A DNA stretch of 64,000 bases from an uncultured virus (IMG/VR IMGVR_UViG_3300042564_001198) (taxonomy: Duplodnaviria > Heunggongvirae > Uroviricota > Caudoviricetes): the IMG/VR virus record IMGVR_UViG_3300042564_001198; one strand, written 5' to 3'. The notes under the pieces were generated by a model, which saw only the letters and a list, made by a program, of their open reading frames with translations, was not told the origin of the DNA and made no database searches. Positions 1 to 8,531 of this stretch are shown here, piece by piece (position 1 is the first letter of the stretch; every line of letters starts with the position of its first letter). The position numbers and the translations under genes are program-made.

Positions 1-248
1 GGTCTCAGTGGATTATCTAAACCAATGACTACTAGATTATCAAACCTTTGACCAATGTGACATGAAAAATTCTTAAATTCCTTTTTATCAGGATTTACTT
101 TTCCAGAGAGAACTCTCTTTTTAGATATATTCTCTCTGACAGAACCATCCTCGAACTCAACTATATAACTTCCTGTGGGGAATTTACCAACAACTTTATA
201 CAGTAAACCTTTTTCGTTTCTATTCGTAAAACCAATCTCTAGTGCCAC
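1..248 (-). CDS. Partial ORF (runs off the window), probable homing-endonuclease-type protein N-terminus
   Basis: Not in ORF track. GTG at 248 with GGAG RBS; reads MALEIGFTNRNEKGLLYKVVG...YIVEFEDG...HIGQRFDNLVVIG, resembling DNA-binding repeats of phage HNH proteins. Confidence 0.5.
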   Translation of the reverse strand, partial: MALEIGFTNRNEKGLLYKVVGKFPTGSYIVEFEDGSVRENISKKRVLSGKVNPDKKEFKNFSCHIGQRFDNLVVIGLDNPLR

Positions 249-251
249 ATA

Positions 252-467
252 TTACTCCAAATAAATTTCTAGTTTTAAAGATTTCTCAAACGACGAATAA
301 TGGCATTTTGTACCACCATTACTTTTACATTCTAAATATAGAGTCTTTCTTAATTTGTTGTCAACCACTTTCTTATATTTAAAATCAGTTGTTGCTGTGT
401 TTGCAGTGAAACATGATAATGTAGCCACCAGTATTAGAAAACATCTAACCACGATCCCTCTCCTCAT
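252..467 (-). CDS. Hypothetical protein
   Basis: ORF track, 71 aa, co-oriented with neighbours. Confidence 0.5.
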   Translation of the reverse strand: MRRGIVVRCFLILVATLSCFTANTATTDFKYKKVVDNKLRKTLYLECKSNGGTKCHYSSFEKSLKLEIYLE

Positions 468-576
468 CCAAACATGCTCTATAACGCTCTACAATTAATT
501 CTAAGCCACTTTCTCCTTAATCCTATCCGAATGTATTGGGATAAATTATCGTGGCCTAGAACGCTTCCTATTGCGT

Positions 577-723
577 TTAAATTAATTTGTAATGGCTTAG
601 TAACATCACCATGCAATTTAACCCACATATTAAGTTAACAACTTTTAAGGTCATGGAAGTGTTCTCAGGTATTAAAGAGATCCAAAAATTTGCAATCATT
701 AGAATCCATGTAAAGGTAATCAT
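577..723 (-). CDS. Small hydrophobic protein (48 aa)
   Basis: Translated by eye (MITFTWILMIANFWISLIP...); AGGAG RBS in the end of the upstream gene. Confidence 0.5.
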   Translation of the reverse strand: MITFTWILMIANFWISLIPENTSMTLKVVNLICGLNCMVMLLSHYKLI

Positions 724-725
724 AT

Positions 726-1145
726 TTATTCTCCTTTGCTGTACAATTTAACAAAATCTTCTGTATCACAATCGTTATGATCATAATACACATCACCAAA
801 CTGTGCAAGCTCTTTTGCTAAAGTTTTCATAATTTCATCGCTACTACCCCAACAACCTAAGCTGAGGATTACTTTATCACCTTCATATGTGTCTGAATAA
901 TCAGAGTCACAACCGAAGTGGATAGATAATTGACGCTTCTGAAAGCTGGTGTCTAACCCTACTGGACGATATTTAAAACCAATGTAGAAACTAGCAATAC
1001 TGCCCATAAAATGTGGTTCATACTCATTACTACGACCACCGTAAAACCCTAAAGACTCATTTTTAATGACAGTCAATACATTACTTAACAAATCCAAAGC
1101 CACTTCTTTACCAGCACATACAAACAGTTTAGCATCTACACTCAT
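726..1145 (-). CDS. Hypothetical protein
   Basis: 139 aa ORF, GGAGG RBS. Confidence 0.8.
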   Translation of the reverse strand: MSVDAKLFVCAGKEVALDLLSNVLTVIKNESLGFYGGRSNEYEPHFMGSIASFYIGFKYRPVGLDTSFQKRQLSIHFGCDSDYSDTYEGDKVILSLGCWGSSDEIMKTLAKELAQFGDVYYDHNDCDTEDFVKLYSKGE

Positions 1146-1285
1146 TTATTCCTCCTACAACGCTCTATGAGCGATTATTTATGTTATCCTAAGCCAACGT
1201 ATAGCTTAGCTGTTAAAACGTCTTAGAATGAATACAGCAAAGCATGGCTTTGTCTGCCTGTTCTGGAAGAACAGTCCTAGAGCGT

Positions 1286-1549
1286 TTAAATTGAATGTCC
1301 AATCTCAATTAGTAACGATGTTTCTTTATCTACCCAATCTTCACACAAACGATGACAGATATTATCAATTTCAAAAGCGTTAGTGTCAGGCCAATAAAAG
1401 AAGTCGTAACTGGTTGAATAAATCTTATCAGAAACTTCTTTAGGAAGCAAGTTCCATACTGATTGACCATAACGGTAATGATAAGATCTCCCTTCTTCAA
1501 CAGCTTTCCAAGCTTGATGCTTCAGTTTAATGTATTCTTGCATTAACAT
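1286..1549 (-). CDS. Hypothetical protein
   Basis: 87 aa ORF coupled to upstream stop. Confidence 0.75.
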   Translation of the reverse strand: MLMQEYIKLKHQAWKAVEEGRSYHYRYGQSVWNLLPKEVSDKIYSTSYDFFYWPDTNAFEIDNICHRLCEDWVDKETSLLIEIGHSI

Positions 1550-1923
1550 TACTTGTTCTCCTTAATCCGCTTCGCTGTACGTTGTAATCCTCTTAATGTT
1601 TTAGCTAAATCTAAGTCATTTACAGGATTCTCAATCATGCTCTTTAAACTATTGAACGTTGTATGACAAGCTGCAACATTCCCTGCTTCATAAGGCTTGT
1701 TGCTATCAATACGGTCGATTGTAAACGTATCTGCTGTCAATGTCAACCCTGTGAAATAACATTTCTTAGCTTTGCACATATTCTTAAAGCTAACAAAAGA
1801 GATATTGAAATCAATACCACGATCTTTACTGGAACGTGCTTTACTTACATAAGCCATAGCAATCTTGATGTCATCGCCAGAATGCCGGTTAGTGGTTTTA
1901 TTTGCAGGTTTCTTTGTAGTCAT
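1549..1923 (-). CDS. HNH-like endonuclease-fold protein
   Basis: CYFTG...TIDRIDSNKPYEAGNVAACH motif; start moved to ATG 1923 because of the GAGGA RBS and a promoter at 1955-1983. Confidence 0.65.
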   Translation of the reverse strand: MTTKKPANKTTNRHSGDDIKIAMAYVSKARSSKDRGIDFNISFVSFKNMCKAKKCYFTGLTLTADTFTIDRIDSNKPYEAGNVAACHTTFNSLKSMIENPVNDLDLAKTLRGLQRTAKRIKENK

Positions 1924-1954
1924 CGGTAAATCCTCATTCGTTTCGATGTGAACA

Positions 1955-1983
1955 ACTCTACGCTCATCTGTTCCCTGTATCAA
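1955..1983 (-). promoter_or_regulatory. sigma70-type early promoter (leftward)
   Basis: TTGATA-N17-TAGAGT. Confidence 0.6.
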
Positions 1984-2017
1984 CAAGAATTTTAAATAAA
2001 TTCGTAAACGATTCTGG

Positions 2018-2046
2018 TTGACATGAGAGGTGCATGTGTGTAAAGT
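2018..2046 (+). promoter_or_regulatory. sigma70-type early promoter (rightward, divergent pair)
   Basis: TTGACA-N17-TAAAGT at the strand switch. Confidence 0.7.
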
Positions 2047-2078
2047 GGCTGCATGTTCAAACGTATGGAGAAATTTAG

Positions 2079-2369
2079 ATGAATAACAAAATCGAGAAAG
2101 GTTGTTTAGCTATTGTTGTTGCTGGACGTTGCTCTGAGAACATTGGTAAAGTGGTGAGAGTTGGTGACTTCGTTGGACAGTTACCCGATAGCCGATTAAA
2201 AGATTATTGGCGAGTGGATAAGCCAATGAAGTTTGATAATGCTTTTGGTGTTCTTGATGGAGAGCGGTACTTTAATAGAGAATGTAATCTTTTACGTATT
2301 GACTCTTACGACGAAGATATGTATAATTATGAACAGATTGATCAATTAGAGAAGGAGAAAGTGGAATGA
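2079..2369 (+). CDS. Hypothetical protein
   Basis: 96 aa, GGAG RBS. Confidence 0.8.
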   Translation: MNNKIEKGCLAIVVAGRCSENIGKVVRVGDFVGQLPDSRLKDYWRVDKPMKFDNAFGVLDGERYFNRECNLLRIDSYDEDMYNYEQIDQLEKEKVE

Positions 2370-2779
2370 GTGATTTCTTGGTTGGTAAGACAATTGTCAA
2401 AATTATGATTGCTGACGATAAGGAAGCGTTGTTGTTTAAGTGTGTCGATGGAGACCATATTGTTAAAGTTGATGCTGGTTGTTGTTCACATACTTGGATA
2501 GAACACGTTGAGTTACCTGCGCTGGGCTTTCCTGCATTAGTGTTAGGTTTTGCTGATTTAGAGTTATCTGGCTCAGACGACAATCACCCAGAATATGATT
2601 GTTTACAAGTATATGGTTGCTCCATCACGACAACCAAAGGTGAAATAGTGATTGACTATCGAAACTCGTCAAACGGTTATTACGGAGGTAATTTATCTTG
2701 GCCGGATGATAACTACTTCTACGGTGGTGTCTATGGTCAAAATGTATCAACTATGAATTGGGTAGATATTGTTGAATAA
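2366..2779 (+). CDS. Conserved phage hypothetical protein
   Basis: 137 aa, CCS and RNSSNGYYGG motifs, ATGA overlap. Confidence 0.8.
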   Translation: MSDFLVGKTIVKIMIADDKEALLFKCVDGDHIVKVDAGCCSHTWIEHVELPALGFPALVLGFADLELSGSDDNHPEYDCLQVYGCSITTTKGEIVIDYRNSSNGYYGGNLSWPDDNYFYGGVYGQNVSTMNWVDIVE

Positions 2780-2987
2780 TAACAAAGCTCCTGCTGAAGC
2801 ATTAGAAGAACTAATCATCCTGTCTGGGATGTATCGTGTACAGCTTGGATTGGTGTCTAAGCTTTCAGGAGCTATTTTAGCTAATGATAAACATAAAGCT
2901 AAGAAGTTGTGGAGTGAGATGACAGAGATTAAGAGTTATCTTTGTGACATATTAACTTGTGATATTGAGGAATATTTGTTTAGTTAA
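2769..2987 (+). CDS. Hypothetical protein
   Basis: 72 aa ORF. Confidence 0.6.
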   Translation: MLNNNKAPAEALEELIILSGMYRVQLGLVSKLSGAILANDKHKAKKLWSEMTEIKSYLCDILTCDIEEYLFS

Positions 2988-3074
2988 CACGTTTTCTTAT
3001 TCCAAAACGTTATTAGACAAACAAGGTATCTATGTTACACTTAAGGGTGTATTAGCAAGTAATGGAGGAATACT

Positions 3075-3215
3075 ATGAAGATTCGTATTGATGATGTGGT
3101 GAAAACTTTGATGTTTATTGATGGAAGTATCTATCTGGAAATTGATAGTCAGGAACATCTGGAAGAAGTAATCGAACATCTTGAAACGATGTGGGAAGTG
3201 TTTGAGGAAAATTAG
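3075..3215 (+). CDS. Small acidic protein (46 aa)
   Basis: GGAGG RBS; MKIRIDDVVKTLMFIDG...; promoter-like TAGACA-N16-TACACT at 3014-3041. Confidence 0.65.
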   Translation: MKIRIDDVVKTLMFIDGSIYLEIDSQEHLEEVIEHLETMWEVFEEN

Positions 3216-3352
3216 AAGCTAAACTATGTATAAAACCCTTACAGGACAAGGCTTGTAGGGGTATTTTTATTAAGTTTTCACTTATACAGAGAAGCTGTAG
3301 CTTGAAAGGCGAAGCCTTTGTCTTTTTATTGGAGTATTAGAAGGGTTATTTA

Positions 3353-4651
3353 ATGATATTAGACTACAAGATTAACAAGAAATTACTACCATTTAGTGAT
3401 AAGATAAAGAATGGTTTAGTTAAATACTTAACCCAGTTCAGTGGTATAAAGATTACTAAACACAAGCTTGATTTAATAGACAAGGTGTGTAAGTGCTTTG
3501 TGTTGAACATAGCCAACGCAGTTAAGAGGAAACAGACTAAGTTCTCTGTTGCACTAGATCAGACAGTATACTCATTACCGGCTATCTACAATGGTAACAA
3601 CACAGGTAGAAAGGTTAGCTACACGTATATGAAGGTGCTGATTAACTTCATTACATCTCAGGATGATTTTAACCTCTACAAAGGTGGTGTTACCTCTTGG
3701 GAATGGGATGGTGTTATAAAGAAAGTGGTAGCTAAGACATGGGAGACAAGCTACATTGAGATCCCTGATCACTGGATTAGTGAGATAGACTCTATTGTGA
3801 ATAAGATTGATATTGTAAATGAATCAGTTCTTGAGGTAAGAGATTCTAAAGGTAATGTGTTAGCTAAACGTTTACCGGAAAGACAGAAAGAGTTAGTAAG
3901 ACTCTTAACTAAATTTAACTATAAACTTGTTGACTCTGAGTTTAGAATCGAGGATAATAAGTATTCTGTGCAAGTTAAGAAGATTTACAACAATGGTTCT
4001 TTTAACGAAGGTGGGAGGGTGTATATGTCTGGTGCAGGATTAAGTGATATGATTAATCGTGAGCAACGTATTAAACTGGAAATAAACGGAGAACCTACAG
4101 TTGAGTGCGATTATGGACAATTGTTTCCTCGGATTGCCGCTGATTTAGTTGGTGTTACACTGGATAAGTCCTTTGACCCGTATGGAATCACTATATCAGG
4201 TTATAAACCTTCTGTGGTACGTTCATTGGCTAAGGTTGGTCTGATGTGTTTATTCAACTGTAAAGACGAAGAAGGTGCTACGTTTGCTCTAATCAAAGAA
4301 ATGAACCAGAAGTGGTTGAAAGAACAGATTGACCAAGCGAAGGACGAAGGTCAATGGCCTGACTTCCCTGTAGCAAGACGTGTTGTGGAAGCATTACTTG
4401 AAAGAAATGATTATGTGAACACGTATTTCTTTAGTGATAGTGCATTAGACCTCATGGCTATAGAATCTACGATGATGGATTATATTATTGAACGTGTGTT
4501 GTCTGACGACCAGATCATGATCCCAATACATGATAGTATCATTGTTCAGGAGAAATACAAGGATAAGGCAGTGAAGATTATGGAACGTGCTTACGAAGTG
4601 GTTGTTGGTGGGAATAATTGTGTTGTTAGAACGAAAGGTGCTGAGCTATGA
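3353..4651 (+). CDS. Compact, divergent family-A-polymerase / single-subunit-RNAP-fold protein
   Basis: GGRVY, motif A-like VECDYGQLFPRI, motif B-like RSLAKVGL, motif C-like PIHDSIIV in the correct order; no exonuclease motifs. Confidence 0.6.
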   Translation: MILDYKINKKLLPFSDKIKNGLVKYLTQFSGIKITKHKLDLIDKVCKCFVLNIANAVKRKQTKFSVALDQTVYSLPAIYNGNNTGRKVSYTYMKVLINFITSQDDFNLYKGGVTSWEWDGVIKKVVAKTWETSYIEIPDHWISEIDSIVNKIDIVNESVLEVRDSKGNVLAKRLPERQKELVRLLTKFNYKLVDSEFRIEDNKYSVQVKKIYNNGSFNEGGRVYMSGAGLSDMINREQRIKLEINGEPTVECDYGQLFPRIAADLVGVTLDKSFDPYGITISGYKPSVVRSLAKVGLMCLFNCKDEEGATFALIKEMNQKWLKEQIDQAKDEGQWPDFPVARRVVEALLERNDYVNTYFFSDSALDLMAIESTMMDYIIERVLSDDQIMIPIHDSIIVQEKYKDKAVKIMERAYEVVVGGNNCVVRTKGAEL

Positions 4652-4872
4652 ACACCCCACAAAACACATACTGGAACACTCGTGATGGGAGAAAGCTACT
4701 GATTGCTGACATGGATTTAGACCATGTACAACACTGTGTATCCCTCATGTCTAGACAGACGGGGTTCACTGTAGCTTATTACAGTTATTGCCCTAGAATT
4801 AAACTGTGTGAGTTGATTACAGCTTATGAGCTAGATCGAACACTAGCTGCTTTAACTGATCCAAATTTATAA
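4648..4872 (+). CDS. Hypothetical protein
   Basis: 74 aa, ATGA overlap. Confidence 0.7.
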   Translation: MNTPQNTYWNTRDGRKLLIADMDLDHVQHCVSLMSRQTGFTVAYYSYCPRIKLCELITAYELDRTLAALTDPNL

Positions 4873-4878
4873 ACACCT

Positions 4879-4903
4879 AAGCCCAGCATTCGCTGGGCTT
4901 TTT
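4879..4903 (+). terminator. Intrinsic terminator (23-nt identical copy at 5761)
   Basis: GCCCAGC-ATTC-GCTGGGC + T-tract. Confidence 0.85.
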
Positions 4904-4930
4904 ATTGCCTAAAATAAAGTGAAATAATGC

Positions 4931-4959
4931 TTGACGCACAAGATAATGTGCATTAGAAT
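4931..4959 (+). promoter_or_regulatory. sigma70-type promoter
   Basis: TTGACG-N17-TAGAAT. Confidence 0.75.
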
Positions 4960-4989
4960 GTATCTATTGAAACAAATGAGGAGATTGAG

Positions 4990-5220
4990 ATGAAATTACT
5001 AGGAAAAACAGTAAACTACTTCGGTGTTCTGATTAACGTCACCGACGATACTAAATATTTAGTTACATCAAAAGAAGGTAATGTTTATGCTTCCAACCAG
5101 AAACCTATGTTCTATGATGATCTTGGGTGGTGTTACGATTGGGAGCAGTGGAGTCATTTAGTGGTTAAAGTAGACCTTGAAGGGATGGATTGGAAAGACA
5201 CTTTGATGGAGGTGGAATGA
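4990..5220 (+). CDS. Hypothetical protein
   Basis: 76 aa, GAGGAG RBS. Confidence 0.8.
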   Translation: MKLLGKTVNYFGVLINVTDDTKYLVTSKEGNVYASNQKPMFYDDLGWCYDWEQWSHLVVKVDLEGMDWKDTLMEVE

Positions 5221-5387
5221 TAAACATTCCGACAAGCACCCTATTCCTCTCTAAAACGCTCTAGGGTTCATTCTAAGCGATTATTTAGGTGAAAGGGTGT
5301 GTTGATGTGGGTGAACACAGATAATTGATTGTAGACGATTGTAGCAATGTTTGCTGCCAGCCGATAGGCTGTTGTAGGAGGTTTTAA

Positions 5388-5753
5388 ATGAGTAAAGTAT
5401 ATCAAGATTATTTGGAAGCAAAACGGAATTACGAGACAGCGGATCGTTGGGCTACTATGCAGAAACGTGGTGGTGGTCGTATGGGCGGAGACAGTTTCGC
5501 TATCTCTGTTGACCATTCAGCAATCAAGCTTGTTCGTTGTGGTCAATATCAAACGGGTGGTCAAAATTACTGGGAGACTGACGCAGCTTTTAATAAGTGT
5601 TTGCTGGAATGGATTGTAGCAAACATTGACACTGTTCAGGAAGGTGCTTTAGCTTTGATGAAACAGAAGGAACATCAAGCATTGATTAAGTGTAAAGAGT
5701 TTGTTGCTGAGATTCAGAGTGCTATCAACCAAGCTGATACTAAAGTAGAGTAA
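5388..5753 (+). CDS. Hypothetical protein
   Basis: 121 aa, GGAGG RBS. Confidence 0.8.
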   Translation: MSKVYQDYLEAKRNYETADRWATMQKRGGGRMGGDSFAISVDHSAIKLVRCGQYQTGGQNYWETDAAFNKCLLEWIVANIDTVQEGALALMKQKEHQALIKCKEFVAEIQSAINQADTKVE

Positions 5754-5760
5754 CACACAC

Positions 5761-5788
5761 AAGCCCAGCATTCGCTGGGCTTTCTTTT
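5761..5788 (+). terminator. Intrinsic terminator
   Basis: Same GCCCAGC-ATTC-GCTGGGC hairpin + T-rich tail. Confidence 0.85.
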
Positions 5789-5803
5789 ATCTGCAATTTG
5801 CTA

Positions 5804-5831
5804 TTGACATCACCACTCATTCGTGTAAAAT
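5804..5831 (+). promoter_or_regulatory. sigma70-type promoter
   Basis: TTGACA-N16-TAAAAT. Confidence 0.7.
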
Positions 5832-5863
5832 AGCTCTTATTGAAGCAGATTGTGGAGAATCTT

Positions 5864-5977
5864 ATGAACGTGTTTTACACCAACAAATGTCCAATTGAAG
5901 CTGCCTATGATCATAACAAAGTGCATCAAGTCAAAATGATTGTTGAATACCTTTTTAAAATTAAGGGGTTTAAATGA
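5864..5977 (+). pseudogene. Truncated N-terminus of a pyrimidine-dimer-glycosylase-like gene (37 aa)
   Basis: MNVFYTNKCPIEAAYDHNKVHQVKMIVEY resembles the MNIF...P...A..H...H..KMI.E type of phage Pyr_excise-like proteins; it then stops, overlapping the next gene by ATGA. Confidence 0.6.
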
Positions 5978-6792
5978 AAAAGTATTTCTGTGAATGGTGT
6001 GGCACTGAGCATTTTAAACCACGCTCTAGGTTTTGTTCGGATGAGTGCAGATCACTATATAGAAAATCAAAACCTAACCCCTGTCTTGGTAGAAAACAAT
6101 CAAAAGAGACAATAGAGAAAAGGATAAGGAATACAGACCAGAAAGCAAAACAAGCAAAGTTGAGATCCACTATGCTTGAGAGGTATGGTGTAGAAAATGT
6201 AGCACAATTGCTTGAAGTAAAAGAAGCTATTTCTTTAGCTGCTAAAAATAGACCAAAAGACCCAAGAAGTGCAGAACATAGTAAGAAGATTGCCGAAAAC
6301 AGGAAAATAAATGGCACTAATAAACATACTCAAAAGACCAAAGATTGGTTAAGAGAGACTATGCTAAGACGTTACTCTGACCCAGATTTAGATAGGAGTA
6401 TTCACGTTGCAGTTGATATAAAATCTTGGCACAAGAGCGGCAGGGTTGACGCTATCTACTTCAGGTCATCTTATGAGGAAAAATTCTTGTTGTTTTGTAA
6501 AAAGTTTAATATTGAGGTAATATCAGCAGCGAATAAAGAATTTGCAGTGCCTTACATGGCCGCTGATGGGAGAATTCACCATTACTTTCCGGATTTTTAT
6601 TTACCTAATTACCATACAATAGTGGAAATAAAACCTATCTCACTTTTAAATGTATATCCGAATGATGTAAAGATTGATGCTGGATTGAAACATCACGAAA
6701 ACTTTGTTATACTCACTGAAATAGATGATTTCTTCGATGAGGTAACTTGGCAACCTTTCTACGAAGAAATAGTAAATAATTGGATTAAATAA
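5974..6792 (+). CDS. Free-standing homing-type endonuclease: Zn finger + basic repeats + TnsA-N-like PD-(D/E)xK domain
   Basis: CEWC...FCSDEC; RSSYE...HYFPDF...IVEIKP. Confidence 0.75.
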   Translation: MKKYFCEWCGTEHFKPRSRFCSDECRSLYRKSKPNPCLGRKQSKETIEKRIRNTDQKAKQAKLRSTMLERYGVENVAQLLEVKEAISLAAKNRPKDPRSAEHSKKIAENRKINGTNKHTQKTKDWLRETMLRRYSDPDLDRSIHVAVDIKSWHKSGRVDAIYFRSSYEEKFLLFCKKFNIEVISAANKEFAVPYMAADGRIHHYFPDFYLPNYHTIVEIKPISLLNVYPNDVKIDAGLKHHENFVILTEIDDFFDEVTWQPFYEEIVNNWIK

Positions 6793-6802
6793 GGAGAGAT
6801 TT

Positions 6803-7197
6803 ATTACACGTATAAACACCGTAGAACCAGTAGAGTTGGCCAGACAACATTTACTTGCCGAATACGTGAATTACCCCGTGTATTCACTCTTGTAAAGAAT
6901 TGGAAAGGTACTGGTGTAAATTACTACAACTTCAAACGTCTGAAGAAACAACCACAAGAGTATACGCTTGGTACAGGACACATGACTCATTTCGCTGATA
7001 AGTTACAATGGCTCGCTGATAGATACGAATTACTGTGTGGTGAGTGGCGTAATCGTGGATATAAAATTCAGCAAGTAGAACGTAAAGATTTAATTGAAGG
7101 TATTGACAATAAATTCTTAGGTGGGTATACTGTTACACAAGAAGCATTGCGATTAAACCGTGAACGTATAGCAGAAAGATTTGGAGACAAACAATGA
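6803..7197 (+). pseudogene. denV: T4 endonuclease V-like pyrimidine dimer DNA glycosylase, frameshifted and with ATT in place of ATG
   Basis: AAGGAG RBS, then (ATT)TRINTVEPVELARQHLLAE, a one-base deletion near 6863-6866, then RELPRVF...YTLGTGHMTHFADKLQWL..RY..L..EW.NRGY, colinear with T4 DenV. Confidence 0.85.
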
Positions 7198-7409
7198 AAT
7201 TTAAATGTATTGAAGATTTCTGGATGCTCAATGAATCTGAGGAAAGTGGGAATATTCCAGCGTTTAAGGCTGGAGATGTGTATGATTTCTACGTAGGAAA
7301 AGAATCTGCCTACGTCCCTGAGCTGTATACACCTAAAAACAATCAACAATCTTGTCATTACATGTATAAGAGTGTTGTTGATGAACATTTTATTCAAGTG
7401 GAGGAGTAA
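7194..7409 (+). CDS. Hypothetical protein
   Basis: 71 aa, GGAG RBS, ATGA overlap. Confidence 0.75.
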   Translation: MKFKCIEDFWMLNESEESGNIPAFKAGDVYDFYVGKESAYVPELYTPKNNQQSCHYMYKSVVDEHFIQVEE

Positions 7410-7413
7410 CAAA

Positions 7414-8466
7414 TTGATAAAAACATTAAAGTTCAGGGTGAAAGATAAACACATTAAACATTTGAATAAGGTTGCAGCTAATGTGAATTTTGTCTGGAAC
7501 TATATCAATGAACTTAGCTCACGCTCAATCAAAGAGCGTGGGGTGTTTTTATCCGAATTTGATATAAACAAATACACAGCAGGTTCAAGTAAAGAGCTTG
7601 GGATTCCTGCTCAAACAATACAAGAAGTAAGTAAAGAGTATGTCACCCGACGTAGGCAATTTAAGAAACGTCGACTACGTTGGAGGAAAACCAAAGGAAG
7701 TGGTAGATCGTTAGGTTGGATTCCTTTTCAACCACAAACAATTAAGTTGGTTGATAGTAAAATTAGATTTAATAGTGTTTTGTTTAGCTTTTGGGATTGT
7801 CATAATATATCGCAATACAAACTTAAATCAGGTTCATTTAACGAAGATTCTAAAGGTCGGTGGTATCTTAACATTGCTGTTGAATGCGAGGCTGTAAAAT
7901 CTAAGGGAACTCAGTTAATCGGTATAGATTTAGGTTGTAAAGATGCTGCTGTGACATCAACAGGAATAAAGCTTGACAATGGTTGGTATCGTGAGTTAGA
8001 ATCTAAGCTCAAATTAGCGCAAAGAGCTAATAAGAAAGACAGAGTGAGGTCGATTCACTTAAAGATAAAGAATAGACGTAAGGACGCTATTCATAAGTTT
8101 ACACGCAGTTTGGTAGATTCCAGTGCTGCAATCTTTGTTGGTAACATTAGTTCTCGGAAGCTTATTAAAACTAAAATGGCAAAATCTGTTTTAGACGCTT
8201 CTTGGGGACAGATTAAATCTACATTGGAATATAAATGCGCTAACGCAGGTGTGATTTTTGAAGTTATTAATGAAGCATACTCCACCCAGACTTGTTCGTG
8301 CTGCGGGATTATCCCAGACAGTAGTCCGAAAGGTAGAGCAGGTCTTGGAATACGGCAATGGGTTTGTTCTGAGTGCGGAGCAGAACACGATAGGGATGTG
8401 AATGCGTCTAAGAACATTGCTGCGGCGGGGCACCGCCGTCTTGAAGAAGGAATTCTCCTTGATTAG
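7414..8466 (+). CDS. tnpB: TnpB-family RNA-guided endonuclease, no transposase nearby
   Basis: VWNY, IGIDLG (RuvC-I), CSCC/CSEC Zn ribbon, HDRDVNASKNI (RuvC-III); likely TTG start at 7414 behind GGAGGAG. Confidence 0.92.
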   Translation: MIKTLKFRVKDKHIKHLNKVAANVNFVWNYINELSSRSIKERGVFLSEFDINKYTAGSSKELGIPAQTIQEVSKEYVTRRRQFKKRRLRWRKTKGSGRSLGWIPFQPQTIKLVDSKIRFNSVLFSFWDCHNISQYKLKSGSFNEDSKGRWYLNIAVECEAVKSKGTQLIGIDLGCKDAAVTSTGIKLDNGWYRELESKLKLAQRANKKDRVRSIHLKIKNRRKDAIHKFTRSLVDSSAAIFVGNISSRKLIKTKMAKSVLDASWGQIKSTLEYKCANAGVIFEVINEAYSTQTCSCCGIIPDSSPKGRAGLGIRQWVCSECGAEHDRDVNASKNIAAAGHRRLEEGILLD

Positions 8467-8500
8467 AGGAGAAGGGTGTCATAACAGAAAGAACAGTTAG
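8400..8500 (+). ncRNA. Predicted TnpB omega/reRNA 3' scaffold, right end and guide (5' limit uncertain)
   Basis: GCGGCGGGGCACCGCCG hairpin, then GGAATTCTCCTT-GATTAG-AGGAGAA-GGGTG-TCAT, resembling IS200/IS605 right ends; guide predicted from 8483. Confidence 0.6.
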
Positions 8501-8531
8501 CTAATGTTGAGAAAGAATTGGAGGAATTGAA

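Noticed and set aside
5951..6865. Idea that the endonuclease segment is an intron whose removal fuses KMIVEY to RELPR
   Set aside because: No group I/II core or room for one, and the segment contains denV's own N-terminus and RBS; two separate broken genes is simpler
7372..8482. Complete IS200/IS605 or IS607 insertion sequence, or nuclease-dead TldR
   Set aside because: No transposase or left end visible; two catalytic Asp and an alternative Glu are retained
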